From the NCBI GenBank assembly GCA_964519305.1, contig CAZFHY010000012.1, positions 1,003-65,002 on the forward strand: DNA of 64,000 nucleotides. The letters are read 5' to 3'. Shown here piece after piece: positions 37,087 to 48,096 of this stretch. Source of the DNA: Candidatus Undinarchaeota archaeon (lineage in GTDB: Archaea; SpSt-1190; JASMDC01). Under the pieces are notes generated by a model. That model did no database searches and was not told where the DNA came from. It saw only the letters and a list, made by a program, of their open reading frames with translations. Both the position numbers and the translations under genes were made by a program. Position 1 is the first letter of the stretch; every line of letters starts with the position of its first letter.

Positions 37087-38484
37087 TCATTCCTGTTTCT
37101 GCGGGGGCCCGTCACCGACACGCGCCCACACATCACCCAAGTGGTTGACAAGGACTATGTCGTCCTTGGCCTTCTTCTCCAGCCCCTCCAGCAGATCCAG
37201 CGTGCGCTCGATCTCGGAACGGGCTGCAATAGGTCCGGCCGCAGGATCGTAGATGTCCTGCCAGACAAGACGGATGAACACCGCCCGCCCCGGAGTGCGG
37301 AGGTCATAGAGATGGAGATACTCCCGGGTCAGAGTACTGCGCAGCCCACAACACCAGAGGAACTCCACTTCCACAGTGCCATCGAGCACGGCCGAGAGCT
37401 CGCCCTTGCTCTGGGGTACGATTATCTCCCCCTCTACATCCTTACGGGGTACTACGAAGAACCATTGATCCATGCGAACGGGATCGTCCGGTACCGGGAA
37501 CGCTGTCAGCGCGCGTTCGCCCAGGTGTGTCCTGATGAGATCGAGCACGTTCGGAGCCGCCAGGTCGTGGCGGCGCCGGAACTCGGCGGCTTCCTTCAGG
37601 CTCTCCAAGAGGTTCTTGACGCGCTGGTCCTCCTCGTCGAGCCCCAAGGCCATCTGTGCGCACTCTACGGCACGGTCCAGCTTCCCGAGCTCGTCGCTGC
37701 ATACCGCCAGGTTCAACCATGCCTCGCGGAACGACGGGTCCAGGGCCACGGCCCGCTCGAAATCCTGGACCGCACCCTTGAGCTCTCGACGCTCCATATG
37801 GAGGGCACCGAGATGGAAGTGTGCATCGCTGCTGTTCGGATCGGCCTCAATGGCCTTGTGATAGGCGGCCCTCGCGCCGTCGACATCCCCCGAACGTAAC
37901 AGGCAGAGGCCCAGGTCGAGCCATCCCTCGATGAGGGTGGACCGCATCCCTACAGCACGTTCGAAGGCCTCACGTGCCTCCTGCCATTTCCCGAGAGAGG
38001 CGAGGCCGACACCGAGGTTGAGCCAGAACTCGGCCCGTGCGTCGTCGATGGACAAGGCCATACGGGAGCACATCACTGCCTCCTGATGCTTGTTCTCCTC
38101 CACGAGCCAGATGGCGAGGTTGTTCCAGGCCACGCAGTCCTGGGGGTTCTTCTCGATGGCCTTGCGGCAGGCCATCTCGGCGCGTGTGTACTTCCCCTCA
38201 CCTGCGAAGTAGAGGGCGAGGTAGTCGTAGGCCTCGTTCTCCGGATTGGACTCGAGAAGGCGCTTGAAGCACCGCCGCGCACCCTTCTCGTCCCCGAGCT
38301 CCCCCAGGGCGAAGCCTAGGTAGATGAGCACTTCCGGTGCGTCTGGTTCGATACGGAGAGCGGTCCGCAGCAATCGGGCGGCCTCCTCGTACTCCCCATT
38401 GCGGTAGTGCTCCTTCCCATCGAGGAGGAACACGCTCTTGGCGCCCACGCCACGCTTCGGATGGCCAATTATATAAAGGCCCAC
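37087..38484 (-). CDS. TPR-repeat protein
   Basis: At least 8 TPR units in the N-terminal two-thirds (e.g. [59 protein letters not shown]); non-TPR C-terminal domain. Confidence 0.7.
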   Translation of the reverse strand: MGLYIIGHPKRGVGAKSVFLLDGKEHYRNGEYEEAARLLRTALRIEPDAPEVLIYLGFALGELGDEKGARRCFKRLLESNPENEAYDYLALYFAGEGKYTRAEMACRKAIEKNPQDCVAWNNLAIWLVEENKHQEAVMCSRMALSIDDARAEFWLNLGVGLASLGKWQEAREAFERAVGMRSTLIEGWLDLGLCLLRSGDVDGARAAYHKAIEADPNSSDAHFHLGALHMERRELKGAVQDFERAVALDPSFREAWLNLAVCSDELGKLDRAVECAQMALGLDEEDQRVKNLLESLKEAAEFRRRHDLAAPNVLDLIRTHLGERALTAFPVPDDPVRMDQWFFVVPRKDVEGEIIVPQSKGELSAVLDGTVEVEFLWCCGLRSTLTREYLHLYDLRTPGRAVFIRLVWQDIYDPAAGPIAARSEIERTLDLLEGLEKKAKDDIVLVNHLGDVWARVGDGPPQKQE

Positions 38485-38499
38485 GGCAGAGGTCCCGGC

Positions 38500-39189
38500 A
38501 TGAAGAAGGCGGTCATCCTCCTCTCCGGCGGTATGGATTCATGCGTTACGGCGGCCATCGCCCGTGACCAGGGCTACGAGCTGTGCTTCCTCCATCTCAC
38601 CTACGGTCAGCTCACCAGCGAGCGTGAGCGTCGGGCGTTCGATGCCATCGCCGACCACTGGAGTGTCCGCGAGCGTCTCGTCGTCTCCACAGATCACCTC
38701 TCCCGGATCGGGGGTTCCTCGCTCACCGATCCATCCCTGAAAGTGACCGACGCGGATCTGGAGGCGGACGATATCCCCGACTCCTACGTCCCCTTCCGCA
38801 ACGCGAACATCCTTGCCATGGCGGTGAGCTGGGCAGAGGTCCTGGGTGCCGAGGCGGTGTTCATCGGTGCCGTCGACGAGGATTCGTCCGGCTACCCTGA
38901 CTGCCGTCCTGCGTTCTACGATGCGTTCAACCGTGTCATCGAGCTGGGCACGCGCCCTGAGACGAACATCTCCATCAGGACGCCCATCATAAAGATGTCA
39001 AAGCCACAGATCATCCGCGAGGGGCTGCGTCTCGATGCACCGCTCCACCTCACGTGGTCGTGCTACCGCGCGGAGGACAAGGCCTGCGGTACGTGCGACT
39101 CGTGCGCCCTGCGTCTCCGTGCCTTCGAGGAGCTCGGGGAGAATGATCCCATCCCCTACCATGAGCGGCCGAGCTATCTCAAGAAGTGA
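38500..39189 (+). CDS. queC: 7-cyano-7-deazaguanine synthase QueC
   Basis: PP-loop SGGMDS at the N-terminus and a C-terminal zinc-binding CxxC...CxxC motif ([10 protein letters not shown]). Start at the internal ATG (38500), with an attatataaagg TATA box about 25 nt upstream. Confidence 0.85.
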   Translation: MKKAVILLSGGMDSCVTAAIARDQGYELCFLHLTYGQLTSERERRAFDAIADHWSVRERLVVSTDHLSRIGGSSLTDPSLKVTDADLEADDIPDSYVPFRNANILAMAVSWAEVLGAEAVFIGAVDEDSSGYPDCRPAFYDAFNRVIELGTRPETNISIRTPIIKMSKPQIIREGLRLDAPLHLTWSCYRAEDKACGTCDSCALRLRAFEELGENDPIPYHERPSYLKK

Positions 39190-39934
39190 TACGCTGCTCC
39201 TGAACTCCCATCTCGCGCACACCGTGCTCGAGCAGCGGGAGGAGATTGCGCAGGTCCTCGATGTTGTACTTCACGAGCGTGTCGAGCGCATGAGGATCTC
39301 CGTTCTTGTGCGCGTACCAGAGCCTAACTGCATCCCGGCCGGACAGACCGTCGGTCTCATCGCTCCGCTGGACACCGAGCTCGTGCTCGATGGATTTCAG
39401 ACCTCCGCTGAGCCCCAGACGTCGCAGGAAGAAGCAAAGGTCGATGTGGAACGGGGGGAACCTCGCGTCAGGGTAGCGGTCGCGAAGGAACGGGACATCG
39501 AACCCGGAGCCGTAGAACGTCACGAGGATGGTCTTTGAACCGACCACATCGACGAAGTCGTCAAGGTCCTGGCCCGCGACGAATACATGGGGCTCTCCCT
39601 TTCCGTCCCAGGTACCGACGACCGACACCTCCGCTGACCGCGAGAGACCGGTGGTCTCAATATCGAGGAACAGTGCCTCGTCAGCTAGCTCGGGCCAGGC
39701 TCGCCAGTGATCGCTCATAGGGAGCTCGCGACCCAGCCACGCCCAGTCACGTGCATCGTACCGCCGCACGGCCTCGTCAGTCCATTCGAGAAGGTGTTGC
39801 CACGTGGTCGTGCCTATAGGAGGTCGGCCCTCCCAGGAGAGGATATCGCCCCATGTACGGACACCGGCATCGAGGAGCTTGCACCGTGATCCACGACCCA
39901 GACCTTGTACGTGCTTGATGGCGGTGTCGAGCAT
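39179..39934 (-). CDS. RNase H-like (YprB/RNase_H_2 family) 3'-5' exonuclease with N-terminal HhH
   Basis: DEDD-type motif [10 protein letters not shown], and [15 protein letters not shown] and YNIEDL blocks typical of YprB-like exonucleases. Confidence 0.6.
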   Translation of the reverse strand: MLDTAIKHVQGLGRGSRCKLLDAGVRTWGDILSWEGRPPIGTTTWQHLLEWTDEAVRRYDARDWAWLGRELPMSDHWRAWPELADEALFLDIETTGLSRSAEVSVVGTWDGKGEPHVFVAGQDLDDFVDVVGSKTILVTFYGSGFDVPFLRDRYPDARFPPFHIDLCFFLRRLGLSGGLKSIEHELGVQRSDETDGLSGRDAVRLWYAHKNGDPHALDTLVKYNIEDLRNLLPLLEHGVREMGVQEQRITS

Positions 39935-39995
39935 ATCGCCACGGATGGGGGGCCTATGAATATAAAGTCCTCGGCGGTGGCGGGCCGGTACCCGA

Positions 39996-40442
39996 TCACT
40001 TGTGGTCGTGGCCGCAACCGCAGCCCTTGCCGTGTTTGTGCTCGTGCTGCATCTTGGCGAACTGCTTGCGCTCCTCTATGAGGTGGGTGATGAGATGCTC
40101 GACCGTCCACTCGACGTTCGATTCGGTGAGTATACAGAAAATTGGCCGCTGCAGGCTCTCGCTCACCGGGAACCGGACGATCGCCTCGTGCATCTGGTCG
40201 CGGTCGAAGCCCAGGAACATGCAGAGCTGGTCGTCCCTCACTTCGAATGCACCTCCAGGACCATCGTCGATCACGGCGAACACGGAGTCCCCTGTACGCC
40301 CATCTGCGCCGATTACGTCCACAGGCCCTCCGATCGCCTTGCTGAGGGCATCCTTGATGACCTCCGCCTGGTCCTTGTCATAGCCGTAGATCATGATTGC
40401 CGGCCGTGTGCCAGCTGGCGCGGGTTCTTCCATGGCCTCCAA
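39996..40442 (-). CDS. hypothetical protein with a C-terminal His/Cys-rich metal-binding tail
   Basis: C-terminus HEHKHGKGCGCGHDHK. No other recognised domain. Confidence 0.45.
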   Translation of the reverse strand: MEAMEEPAPAGTRPAIMIYGYDKDQAEVIKDALSKAIGGPVDVIGADGRTGDSVFAVIDDGPGGAFEVRDDQLCMFLGFDRDQMHEAIVRFPVSESLQRPIFCILTESNVEWTVEHLITHLIEERKQFAKMQHEHKHGKGCGCGHDHK

Positions 40443-40471
40443 CCACTCAGCAGGGCTTTAATGTGTTTGCC

Positions 40472-41272
40472 TCAGGGCGCATCGGCACCGATGACCGTCA
40501 TTCTCGGATCATCGATCCCTGCGAGCGCCCCCCGGGTCCTATGGGACGTGTGGGTGACGACCATGGTCTTCCCGGTGAACCTGGAAAGAAGCTCCCTGAT
40601 ATCCGCCGGGCAGAGATGGCCGAACCTCTCCAGTGCGGGTCCACGGGAGGGCATGGCGCACTCGGTGACCAGCACCTCGCTCTCCAGCGCATGCTCGGGG
40701 ATCCCAGCCAAGGTCGTGTCCCCCGTGACGGTTAACAGCGGTATCTGGCCCGTACACTCTACATCCTCACCGGCGCGGGCCTTTTCGGCGATCTCGTCCT
40801 GGGATAATCCCTTGAGCGACGGCAGGAGGTGCGAGGTCCGACCCCACACGGTCCACCCACGGGACGGGATGGCATGCTGTGTGGTGAAGGGACGCGCCAC
40901 AAGGTCGCTCCGGACCGCGACATCGTCGCTCGGGCGCACGTCCAGTGCCGCGAACAGCGCCGGGATGTGGTCGAACGCCGCCAGCTGGCCGAAGAGCTCA
41001 GGGAGACGCTCGGCGTCCTCTGGTGAGGTCCACACGGGGACCGTCCGCTCAGTCTTCTTGGCGTAGAGGGCGAGCTTTGCACACCCGTGCAGGACATGAT
41101 CGAGATGTGAGTGTGTGAGGAGTACGTTGCGGACGCCCGCCATGTCAGGGAGCATGAAGTCACCCAGGTCCACCAGCAGCCCCCACTCCCGGACGAACAC
41201 GCACTGTGAATAGAGGCTGTCCGACACGACAAGGGTGAGCTCACCTTGCGAGGTGGCCACCTGAAGCTTCAT
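40472..41272 (-). CDS. metallo-beta-lactamase-fold hydrolase (RNase Z-like)
   Basis: HxHxDH motif (THSHLDH), plus downstream His/Asp residues spaced as in MBL-fold enzymes. Confidence 0.6.
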   Translation of the reverse strand: MKLQVATSQGELTLVVSDSLYSQCVFVREWGLLVDLGDFMLPDMAGVRNVLLTHSHLDHVLHGCAKLALYAKKTERTVPVWTSPEDAERLPELFGQLAAFDHIPALFAALDVRPSDDVAVRSDLVARPFTTQHAIPSRGWTVWGRTSHLLPSLKGLSQDEIAEKARAGEDVECTGQIPLLTVTGDTTLAGIPEHALESEVLVTECAMPSRGPALERFGHLCPADIRELLSRFTGKTMVVTHTSHRTRGALAGIDDPRMTVIGADAP

Positions 41273-41474
41273 GGAGGATGGAGGGGCCGGTAAACCCTAA
41301 ATAGGCATGTTCCGTGACATGCAATCGCACGACAGAGGGGCACAAGGCGCATGTGTATATCCTCAGTCCTGAATGCGAGTACACGGGCGATTTCACTGTT
41401 CGCGAGGGACAGAAGCCTTTTTATACTTAAAGCTGCTCCGGGAGCCGCTTCAAGCAGAACAGAAGGGACGGGAC

Positions 41475-42293
41475 ATGTACGAGTTAGAAGTTGCGGCCTA
41501 CGAAGACCGCCTTGAGGAATTCGCGACCAACTACGAGAAGGACTTTGGTGTAACTTTCGGCGAACGGCCTAATGTAACCGTCGCTAACGCCAAGGACTAC
41601 CGCGCTTATCTCGAGGACCTGGGCCGGGAGAGCGGTATGGATCTCGGGAGCCCCGAAGAGCTCGATAGCATGGCACAGAGCATGTACTACCAGGCCATGG
41701 GCATGTACGACGACATCAACCACCAGGTGCTCATCTCAGACTACGTGATGGGCAACGGTGACGATGTGGACCAGGGCATGTTGGACTACGTACTTGCACA
41801 TGAGCTCGTGCACGCCTACCAGCACAACCACGGTACCACCATGAGCACCGTGGAGCTTTCCAAGGAGATCGACAAGAGGTTCGGAAGCGGGGGCGACCTG
41901 CAGAGCCAGCTCCTGTCAGCGACCTGGAGCTTCCCCGTCATGGCCATCGCCGAGGGTCAGGCCGAGTACATGTCGATCAACATGCTCAAGGAGCATGCCG
42001 CGGACAACGAGCGCAACGCTGCCGCCTGGGAGGCCGCTTCAGGTAAGTACCAGGAAGGCTACGTTGGCGCAAAGGACTACTACCGCGAGAACATCGAGGC
42101 GCTCGTCGAGGTGGAAGAGCGCGCCAAGCGCGGTGAGGTCGGGTTCATGGACATGTTCATCCTGGGCCAGATCAAGATGGCCCAGTACGTGCTGGGCATC
42201 GGCTACATCGAGGATGTCGTCGAGCGCGACGGTACGACCATGGACGAGCTCCTGGACAACGGTCCGGAGACGCTCTCCGACTTCTTGAAGTAG
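41475..42293 (+). CDS. putative zinc metalloprotease-like protein (HExxH)
   Basis: HELVHAYQHNHG motif. Start at the internal ATG (41475). No further family assignment possible. Confidence 0.45.
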   Translation: MYELEVAAYEDRLEEFATNYEKDFGVTFGERPNVTVANAKDYRAYLEDLGRESGMDLGSPEELDSMAQSMYYQAMGMYDDINHQVLISDYVMGNGDDVDQGMLDYVLAHELVHAYQHNHGTTMSTVELSKEIDKRFGSGGDLQSQLLSATWSFPVMAIAEGQAEYMSINMLKEHAADNERNAAAWEAASGKYQEGYVGAKDYYRENIEALVEVEERAKRGEVGFMDMFILGQIKMAQYVLGIGYIEDVVERDGTTMDELLDNGPETLSDFLK

Positions 42294-42354
42294 GAACTCG
42301 TTTCGATCGGATAGTCCCCCCGGAAAGGTCCGGGGGGACGTCCTGACTTTTTCT

Positions 42355-43662
42355 CTATCCTCTGACGCATCTGACGAAGTTGTAGATGCGGATGGCGTCG
42401 CCCTGGGGGCCTCGACCGGTCGGGTAGTCGCCGGGATCGCCCGTCTTGGGATCGCTCCGCTGCGCACCTGCGCCGTGCACGTCCATCAGCGTCGCTGTCG
42501 GTGAGAAAGGGGGCATCCGCATAAAACCCAGCGCCTCACCAAAGGCCACGTAGACCGCCGCTTCGGCCCTGCCGCCCTCGAGGTGCGTCGTCCCGGTCCA
42601 GAAGTAGGGATAGTTGGCGTTCCCCCCTTCGTCCGTGATCGATGTCGTCGCGAACACAGGATCGATCGCAGGTGAGCTCGTGGTGTCCGGCGATCTGGAA
42701 TAATCGACGATCCCCTGGAGCTCCTTGGCGTTCGGGAGACGCCAGTCATCGTGCCCGGCATGGGACAAGCCCTCGCACCAGGCCAGCGCCTGTTCCCAGT
42801 TCAGACCCCCGTTCCCGTCCTTCCCGGCCTTATGGCCGCCACTGTCCTGCTGGAGCCACATCAGACCTGTGCTGTTGTCGGTGACCGTCCCGTCACCGTT
42901 GTCGGTGAAGGCGTTCTCACCGTAAGGGGTTCCACGCACGTAGCGCACGAACATCAACTTCCCCGTCCGGGACCGCGGGTCCATTTTCGGGTACCCCTTG
43001 ATACGCCCGTCCACGAAGTTCACGCCGAACACCGTCGGGTCGTTGTTCATCGTCGTCGATACGTACTCTGTCGAGCTGAGGAACTGGGCATCGATGAGCC
43101 GCTCACCCGCGCTCGTGTCACCGAACCTTAACTCGAACACCGTGGTGTCAAGGTACGGTATGCTCTCGGCCTCCGTCCTACCGGACCCGCCCCGAAAGTC
43201 GATCAGGGTGTACAGTTCCTTGATCGTCGGAACGCGCCAGTCATCATGACCACCGAGCCGGAGCGTGTCCACACCCCGGACCGCCTCATCGAACGTCACC
43301 TTGTCACCAGGGTCCTTCTGCCACATCAGGCCCGTGTTCAGGTCGGTCACGGTGCCGTCGCCGTTGTCGACATAGGAGAACGAATCGCCCTCGTACTGCG
43401 CGTCCTGTCCATAGAACGCCTCACCAGGTCGCGGGCAGGGTATCTCCTTCGAGGTGTCGTAGCACAGGTCCTGGCCCGTGTCAACTATATCGGCCGTCCT
43501 GACCATCTCCTGGTAGCCGGAGGAACGCTCCGCCTCGCTCAGGGCCGGAGGTGCCGTCGGTTCCGGAGGTCCTCGGGCGAACAACGCAATTGCGACGAGG
43601 ACCACAATACCTGCTATAATGAGCGCGCCTCGCCGCCAGCTGTTTTCTTCGGTTCCTTCCAT
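42355..43662 (-). CDS. membrane-anchored secreted protein with two DUF1566 (Lcl C-terminal-like) domains
   Basis: N-terminal TM (ALIIAGIVVLVAIALF). Two copies of DNGDGTVTD..TGLMW...DDWR(V/L)P...EL. Confidence 0.6.
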   Translation of the reverse strand: MEGTEENSWRRGALIIAGIVVLVAIALFARGPPEPTAPPALSEAERSSGYQEMVRTADIVDTGQDLCYDTSKEIPCPRPGEAFYGQDAQYEGDSFSYVDNGDGTVTDLNTGLMWQKDPGDKVTFDEAVRGVDTLRLGGHDDWRVPTIKELYTLIDFRGGSGRTEAESIPYLDTTVFELRFGDTSAGERLIDAQFLSSTEYVSTTMNNDPTVFGVNFVDGRIKGYPKMDPRSRTGKLMFVRYVRGTPYGENAFTDNGDGTVTDNSTGLMWLQQDSGGHKAGKDGNGGLNWEQALAWCEGLSHAGHDDWRLPNAKELQGIVDYSRSPDTTSSPAIDPVFATTSITDEGGNANYPYFWTGTTHLEGGRAEAAVYVAFGEALGFMRMPPFSPTATLMDVHGAGAQRSDPKTGDPGDYPTGRGPQGDAIRIYNFVRCVRG

Positions 43663-43829
43663 GGGGCATCACCTATTACGAATGGGCGCTGAAATGGATT
43701 AATAGTGTTCTGTGAACACACCGGTAAGCGGTTTCACCCTGCTGAAAGCACGTGTAATCGGTAGGATCACGCCCGGCCATGCTCCCACGTTCGATAAAGC
43801 ATTAAAAACTGAGCGGCGTCCGGTACACC

Positions 43830-44396
43830 ATGGGGAAAGAGGACACTTTCAAGGAGGAGGCGGCTGCCGCCTTCCGCGAACTTCTTGGCGCCAGCGTCAT
43901 GGTCGATATGAACAAGCTCGAGTTCATCCGGTTCTTCGGCCCTGGTGCGCCCATCCGGGGATTCGAGGTTAGTGTGTGGAGCACGCGGGCAGAGAGCGCT
44001 CTCCCGGTCCTGACCCGGCCGGTCCTCACCCTGAACATCCGGGCGGTCTGCAACCGCGGGAAGCGGTTGAACATGCTCCTTACCCACGAAGGCTATCTGT
44101 CCGCGCTACAGCGGGACATCCAGTCAGGTGAGAAGGCTTTCGACAAGCGGTACAACATCACCGCCGATAACGAGCAGTTCGCACAGTCCATCGTAGCGGA
44201 CCCGGAGGTGCGCCGTCTGGTCGTCGCGACGGACGACGTATCCCGGTTCGAGCGCCTCGAGATCATCTGCAAGGACGATTCCCGTTCCAGCGGTTCCACA
44301 CTGGTCGAGGTGGAGTTCAGGCCCGAGCCGCTCAAGAGCGAGAACCTGCGGTCTGCGATCGAGCTCATCAACTACGTATCAAAGTTCCTGGTCTAG
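43830..44396 (+). CDS. hypothetical protein
   Basis: 188-aa ORF, with no recognised motifs. Confidence 0.35.
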   Translation: MGKEDTFKEEAAAAFRELLGASVMVDMNKLEFIRFFGPGAPIRGFEVSVWSTRAESALPVLTRPVLTLNIRAVCNRGKRLNMLLTHEGYLSALQRDIQSGEKAFDKRYNITADNEQFAQSIVADPEVRRLVVATDDVSRFERLEIICKDDSRSSGSTLVEVEFRPEPLKSENLRSAIELINYVSKFLV

Positions 44397-44411
44397 CCGC
44401 AGGAAGCGCGC

Positions 44412-45392
44412 TCACGTCAGCCAGGTGCAGTTGAGGAGCCGGCCTGTATCCTCGATGTGCCAGTCCCACACCCAGATCTCGCCGTTCGTGTGATCGAACG
44501 CCATCCGTGCAACTGGAAGGTCCTGATCGAGGAGCAGACTGAGCTCGTGGTCGTACACCACAACCCGGCCGTTCTCGCGACGTGAGGTCAACCCCCGGAC
44601 ACCACCCTCATCGGTCTGCAGCGTAACACCTCCCGTGCTCGGGTCAAGGATGAAGGACGCCCAGTGTCCCGGTGCCGTGATGTTGACGTGGTCGCCTGCA
44701 GGACCACGACTGATCTCGGCGTCAAGTGCCCATGACACTCCAAGGCTATCGTTCAGGTATCGTCGGAGCGCTGCCACACCGGGCCCCGGTACGCTTTCCC
44801 ACTCAAAGACGGGTATGGACCCGAACCGGGCGAGGAGCCCGCCCTCACCCTCCTCGAGGATCACTGTCGTTCCGGGCTCGGGGTAGTCCGTGGGGTATGT
44901 ACCGGGAACTAGCACTGCGCCGTTGAGGCATGTACCGTTCCTCAGGCCCATGACATGAGGAGGGCTCATCGTGGAAAGTACAGCAAGGGCGACCTCGACC
45001 TCCTCCAGGTCTGTGGCCTCGAGCGCACCCTCTTCCGGCCGCCGCTCCAGAAGGGGCACTGCCGTGTCGTCCTGGAGGAGCTCGTACACCGCATGGACTC
45101 GGCCGCTATCATCGATTATGAATCGACGGTCCAGCGTCTCGATGGTACGCACCTCGATATCACCTTGCTTGCCCTCGCCCGTGCACCAGAGGGACACTAC
45201 GTCCTCATCCTTGATGAGAGTGAAATTATCGCCCGCCCGCATGTTCGCGAGGTCCACGAACAGAGCACCCAGAGCGATCGAATCAGGTGCAGAGGGATGG
45301 CGTGGGACAACTTCAGGCACGTCCCCTCGCAGAGATAGCGTTAGGAACATGATGGCCAGTACGACCACCAATGCCGCATCGCTACGCTCCAT
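44412..45392 (-). CDS. secreted hypothetical protein (N-terminal signal peptide)
   Basis: MERSDAALVVVLAIMFLTLS signal-like N-terminus; 326 aa. Confidence 0.45.
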   Translation of the reverse strand: MERSDAALVVVLAIMFLTLSLRGDVPEVVPRHPSAPDSIALGALFVDLANMRAGDNFTLIKDEDVVSLWCTGEGKQGDIEVRTIETLDRRFIIDDSGRVHAVYELLQDDTAVPLLERRPEEGALEATDLEEVEVALAVLSTMSPPHVMGLRNGTCLNGAVLVPGTYPTDYPEPGTTVILEEGEGGLLARFGSIPVFEWESVPGPGVAALRRYLNDSLGVSWALDAEISRGPAGDHVNITAPGHWASFILDPSTGGVTLQTDEGGVRGLTSRRENGRVVVYDHELSLLLDQDLPVARMAFDHTNGEIWVWDWHIEDTGRLLNCTWLT

Positions 45393-45480
45393 GCACTATT
45401 GCGGGACGGTACACGATAAAAAGGTTTGTGAGACGCGCCTCGGGCATAACAATAAAAGCCTTCGCCGCCTGTCGCTGATC

Positions 45481-47040
45481 ATGGAAGGACGTCTTTTCAG
45501 GAAGCTCGCTGTCATCCTCCTCGCTCTCGCTCTCCTTCCATTCCAAGGTTGCGCTGATTCGACGGACATCTACGTTATCGCGCCTTGGGAGATCATCATC
45601 GGATGGACGCTCGATGTGCCCCCGCACGCCGTGCTCACCATCACCCTCCCGGACACGGCAACCGTGAAGGGCATCAAGGACGCAGGAGGGGATGTGAAGT
45701 ACGAGCAGGACGGAGCGAGCTTCAAGATCACCATCGGCGAGCACCCGCAGATCCTCATCCTCTACGCCATGGGGTACGATGAGAAGCCCTATATCTCATA
45801 CGGAGGGGCCTTCCCCACCGACAACGTCACTGTATGGGTCCCTGAGGACATCTCCATCGTCACCATCAACTCCGAGGAGCAGCCGGTGACGAAGTCGGGA
45901 TGGACCGGGTACGTTGCCCCCTCGGACGTGAGCTTCACCGCTATGCTCAAGGAGGCCCGTTACACGCTCTCCCAGACCGTGACCGTCAAGGGTGATAATA
46001 CAAACGACCTCTCGCTCCATGTCCTCGTGGCACAGGAGACGCGGAACCAGGAAGTACTCTCCACGGAACCGGAGGGCATCACGACGGACATCGATGGCCT
46101 CGAGTACGCGAAGATCGAGATGAAGGAGGTAACTGGTACGAAGGTCCACACGATCACGCAGGATGTCCTCGTGCGCACGTCGGACGACCTGGTGGACCAC
46201 CCCCGGGACAACGGTACCAAACCCGACAGCACGTTCTGGTCAGTGACGCCTGCCATGGACCTCCGCCTCAAGGAGATCTCCGATCCCAAGAAGGTGTTCG
46301 ACTGGGTGGCCGGTAACATCGAGTACATCAAGATGCAGGACCGGATGGGATCCGACTGGGCCTACACGAACCGCAAGGGCGACTGCAACGAGTTCACTGA
46401 CCTCTATCTCGCGTTCACGCGCGCCCAGGGCGTTCCCGGCCTGTCCATGTCCGGTATCACCGGCGACACGGGCCACGCCTGGGCAGCAAGCTACCTTAAC
46501 GGCAAGTGGCGTGGCATCGATGCCACATGGGACATCTTCGGCTACTCGCCCGCATCTCACGTCATTCTATCGTACAGTACTGAGAGCGCTGTATCCAATA
46601 TCAAGTTGTCGTTCTACGGCGACCGCCCCGAGATCGTTCACGACTACACGCTCATGTACAGCAAGGGGACACCCCTCACCACGGGCATCGATACCCTACC
46701 GCTCGCCGATCTGGAGCGGGGGGAACCGGCCGCCAGCGGTGCCGAGCGCGTTGTCCCCATCGACACGCCCATCGAGGTGACGGACACTCCCTCCCTTAAA
46801 GAGGAGGTCCCCTCTCCCGCCGTGGACGAACCGCACCAGGCCCAGCGCATCGAGCCGGGCAAGGCCGTCGGTAAGTCCTTCGCGAAGCAGAACGTCGAAG
46901 CGGCGTACGACTTCGGTAAGGACGCGGGCGTCACACTCAAGTCGGAGGGGCTATCCCTGTCCACGACCGAGGCCGCCGTTGCGGGCGGTGCAGTCGGGGG
47001 CTTCATACTGATCATGCTTATCGTAGTCTTCAAGAGGTGA
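45481..47040 (+). CDS. transglutaminase-like cysteine protease-fold lipoprotein with a C-terminal TM anchor
   Basis: ATG start at 45481 gives MEGRLFRKLAVILLALALLPFQGCADS (signal plus lipobox-like Cys). Core GDCNEFTDLYLAFTRAQGVP...GHAWAASYLNGKWRGIDATWD (Cys-His-Asp transglutaminase-like triad). C-terminal TM. The upstream 170 codons of the listed ORF are antisense to 44412..45392. Confidence 0.65.
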   Translation: MEGRLFRKLAVILLALALLPFQGCADSTDIYVIAPWEIIIGWTLDVPPHAVLTITLPDTATVKGIKDAGGDVKYEQDGASFKITIGEHPQILILYAMGYDEKPYISYGGAFPTDNVTVWVPEDISIVTINSEEQPVTKSGWTGYVAPSDVSFTAMLKEARYTLSQTVTVKGDNTNDLSLHVLVAQETRNQEVLSTEPEGITTDIDGLEYAKIEMKEVTGTKVHTITQDVLVRTSDDLVDHPRDNGTKPDSTFWSVTPAMDLRLKEISDPKKVFDWVAGNIEYIKMQDRMGSDWAYTNRKGDCNEFTDLYLAFTRAQGVPGLSMSGITGDTGHAWAASYLNGKWRGIDATWDIFGYSPASHVILSYSTESAVSNIKLSFYGDRPEIVHDYTLMYSKGTPLTTGIDTLPLADLERGEPAASGAERVVPIDTPIEVTDTPSLKEEVPSPAVDEPHQAQRIEPGKAVGKSFAKQNVEAAYDFGKDAGVTLKSEGLSLSTTEAAVAGGAVGGFILIMLIVVFKR

Positions 47041-47288
47041 AGGTGAATATGGTATTAGCAGCTGAAATGAACCAGCAGATCGTCAATGCAGGGTTCGCGG
47101 TGTTCTGGGGGCTCATTGGTATCCTTCTCTACGCGATGGGATGTCTTGTGGCCATCAAACTGTGGGACAAAGCCACCCATGGCATAGACGAGATCAAGGA
47201 GCTGAAGGACAACAATACGTCCGTGGCCATGATCTTCTCCGCCCTTATCCTGGGCATGGCCTACGTCCTCGTCAACATCATGAAGTGA
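47037..47288 (+). CDS. small membrane protein (2 TM)
   Basis: 83-aa ORF coupled to the upstream gene. Confidence 0.4.
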   Translation: MKVNMVLAAEMNQQIVNAGFAVFWGLIGILLYAMGCLVAIKLWDKATHGIDEIKELKDNNTSVAMIFSALILGMAYVLVNIMK

Positions 47289-47379
47289 GGATGAGGCATT
47301 TCCCCGGCGGGCGGGTCGTTAGATTGAACTCGGCCCCGTCCTGTCGGACCCGGGTAGAGAGCGGTAGAAGGTCGGTCGC

Positions 47380-48096
47380 GTGTATAGCATGAGGGATGAA
47401 CGGATGTTGCGGCTCAGGCTCCTCCTCACTGTCATGGTCGCAGCCATGGCGCTCGGAGCATCAGAATCCGTCCTACTTCTTGATGTGTCCCCCGACCAGC
47501 TCTCCCTGGATCCCGGCCAGGCCGCAGAGCTCCATGTCAACATCACAAACTCAGGCGACGAGCATGCGCGGAGCCTCAAGCTCTATGCGTCCGGAACGCT
47601 CGCGCGCAGACTGCCCGATATCGCTCCAAAGAGCTCGCACGAGTTCACCTACAACTACACCGGACAGGCACCCGGGACCGTCGTCCTCGGGCTCTCCCTG
47701 CGCAGGGCCAGACGGGAGCTGGTACGCAGGGACGTGATCATCGATGTCGTTGGCGAGGTGCTGCCCCCGCCCGAGCGCCCCACCGAGCTCCCGACTGTGA
47801 CGCCCAACGTAACGTCATCACCGGACACGACGGTCGAGATCAGGCCCCCACCTAGATCCGCACCCCGAGCGGGTCTGAAGGACATGATCACACCCGGGCC
47901 CGTCATTGCCCTGGTCCTGGTAGCTACGCTCGTTCTCGTGCTAATGCCCCACCGTTCGCGTGGTGTTGCCATGCAGCCCCGGCCCGAACAGGCCATGGGG
48001 TACCAGACCGCCTACGGTTACCAACAGACATACCCCCCCCAACAACAAGTGCCGCAACAGCAGACCTATCAGGGGACCTGGCCGCCCGAGCAGTGA
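47380..48096 (+). CDS. secreted, C-terminally anchored Pro- and Gln-rich surface protein
   Basis: Signal peptide (LRLLLTVMVAAMALGA), Pro-rich linker, TM (PVIALVLVATLVLVLM) and Q/Y-rich tail. Confidence 0.45.
   Translation: MYSMRDERMLRLRLLLTVMVAAMALGASESVLLLDVSPDQLSLDPGQAAELHVNITNSGDEHARSLKLYASGTLARRLPDIAPKSSHEFTYNYTGQAPGTVVLGLSLRRARRELVRRDVIIDVVGEVLPPPERPTELPTVTPNVTSSPDTTVEIRPPPRSAPRAGLKDMITPGPVIALVLVATLVLVLMPHRSRGVAMQPRPEQAMGYQTAYGYQQTYPPQQQVPQQQTYQGTWPPEQ

Noticed and set aside
44971-45480. N-terminal 170 codons of the listed 689-aa plus-strand ORF
   Set aside because: It is antisense to the secreted protein gene 44412..45392. The real gene starts at ATG 45481 with a signal peptide and lipobox.
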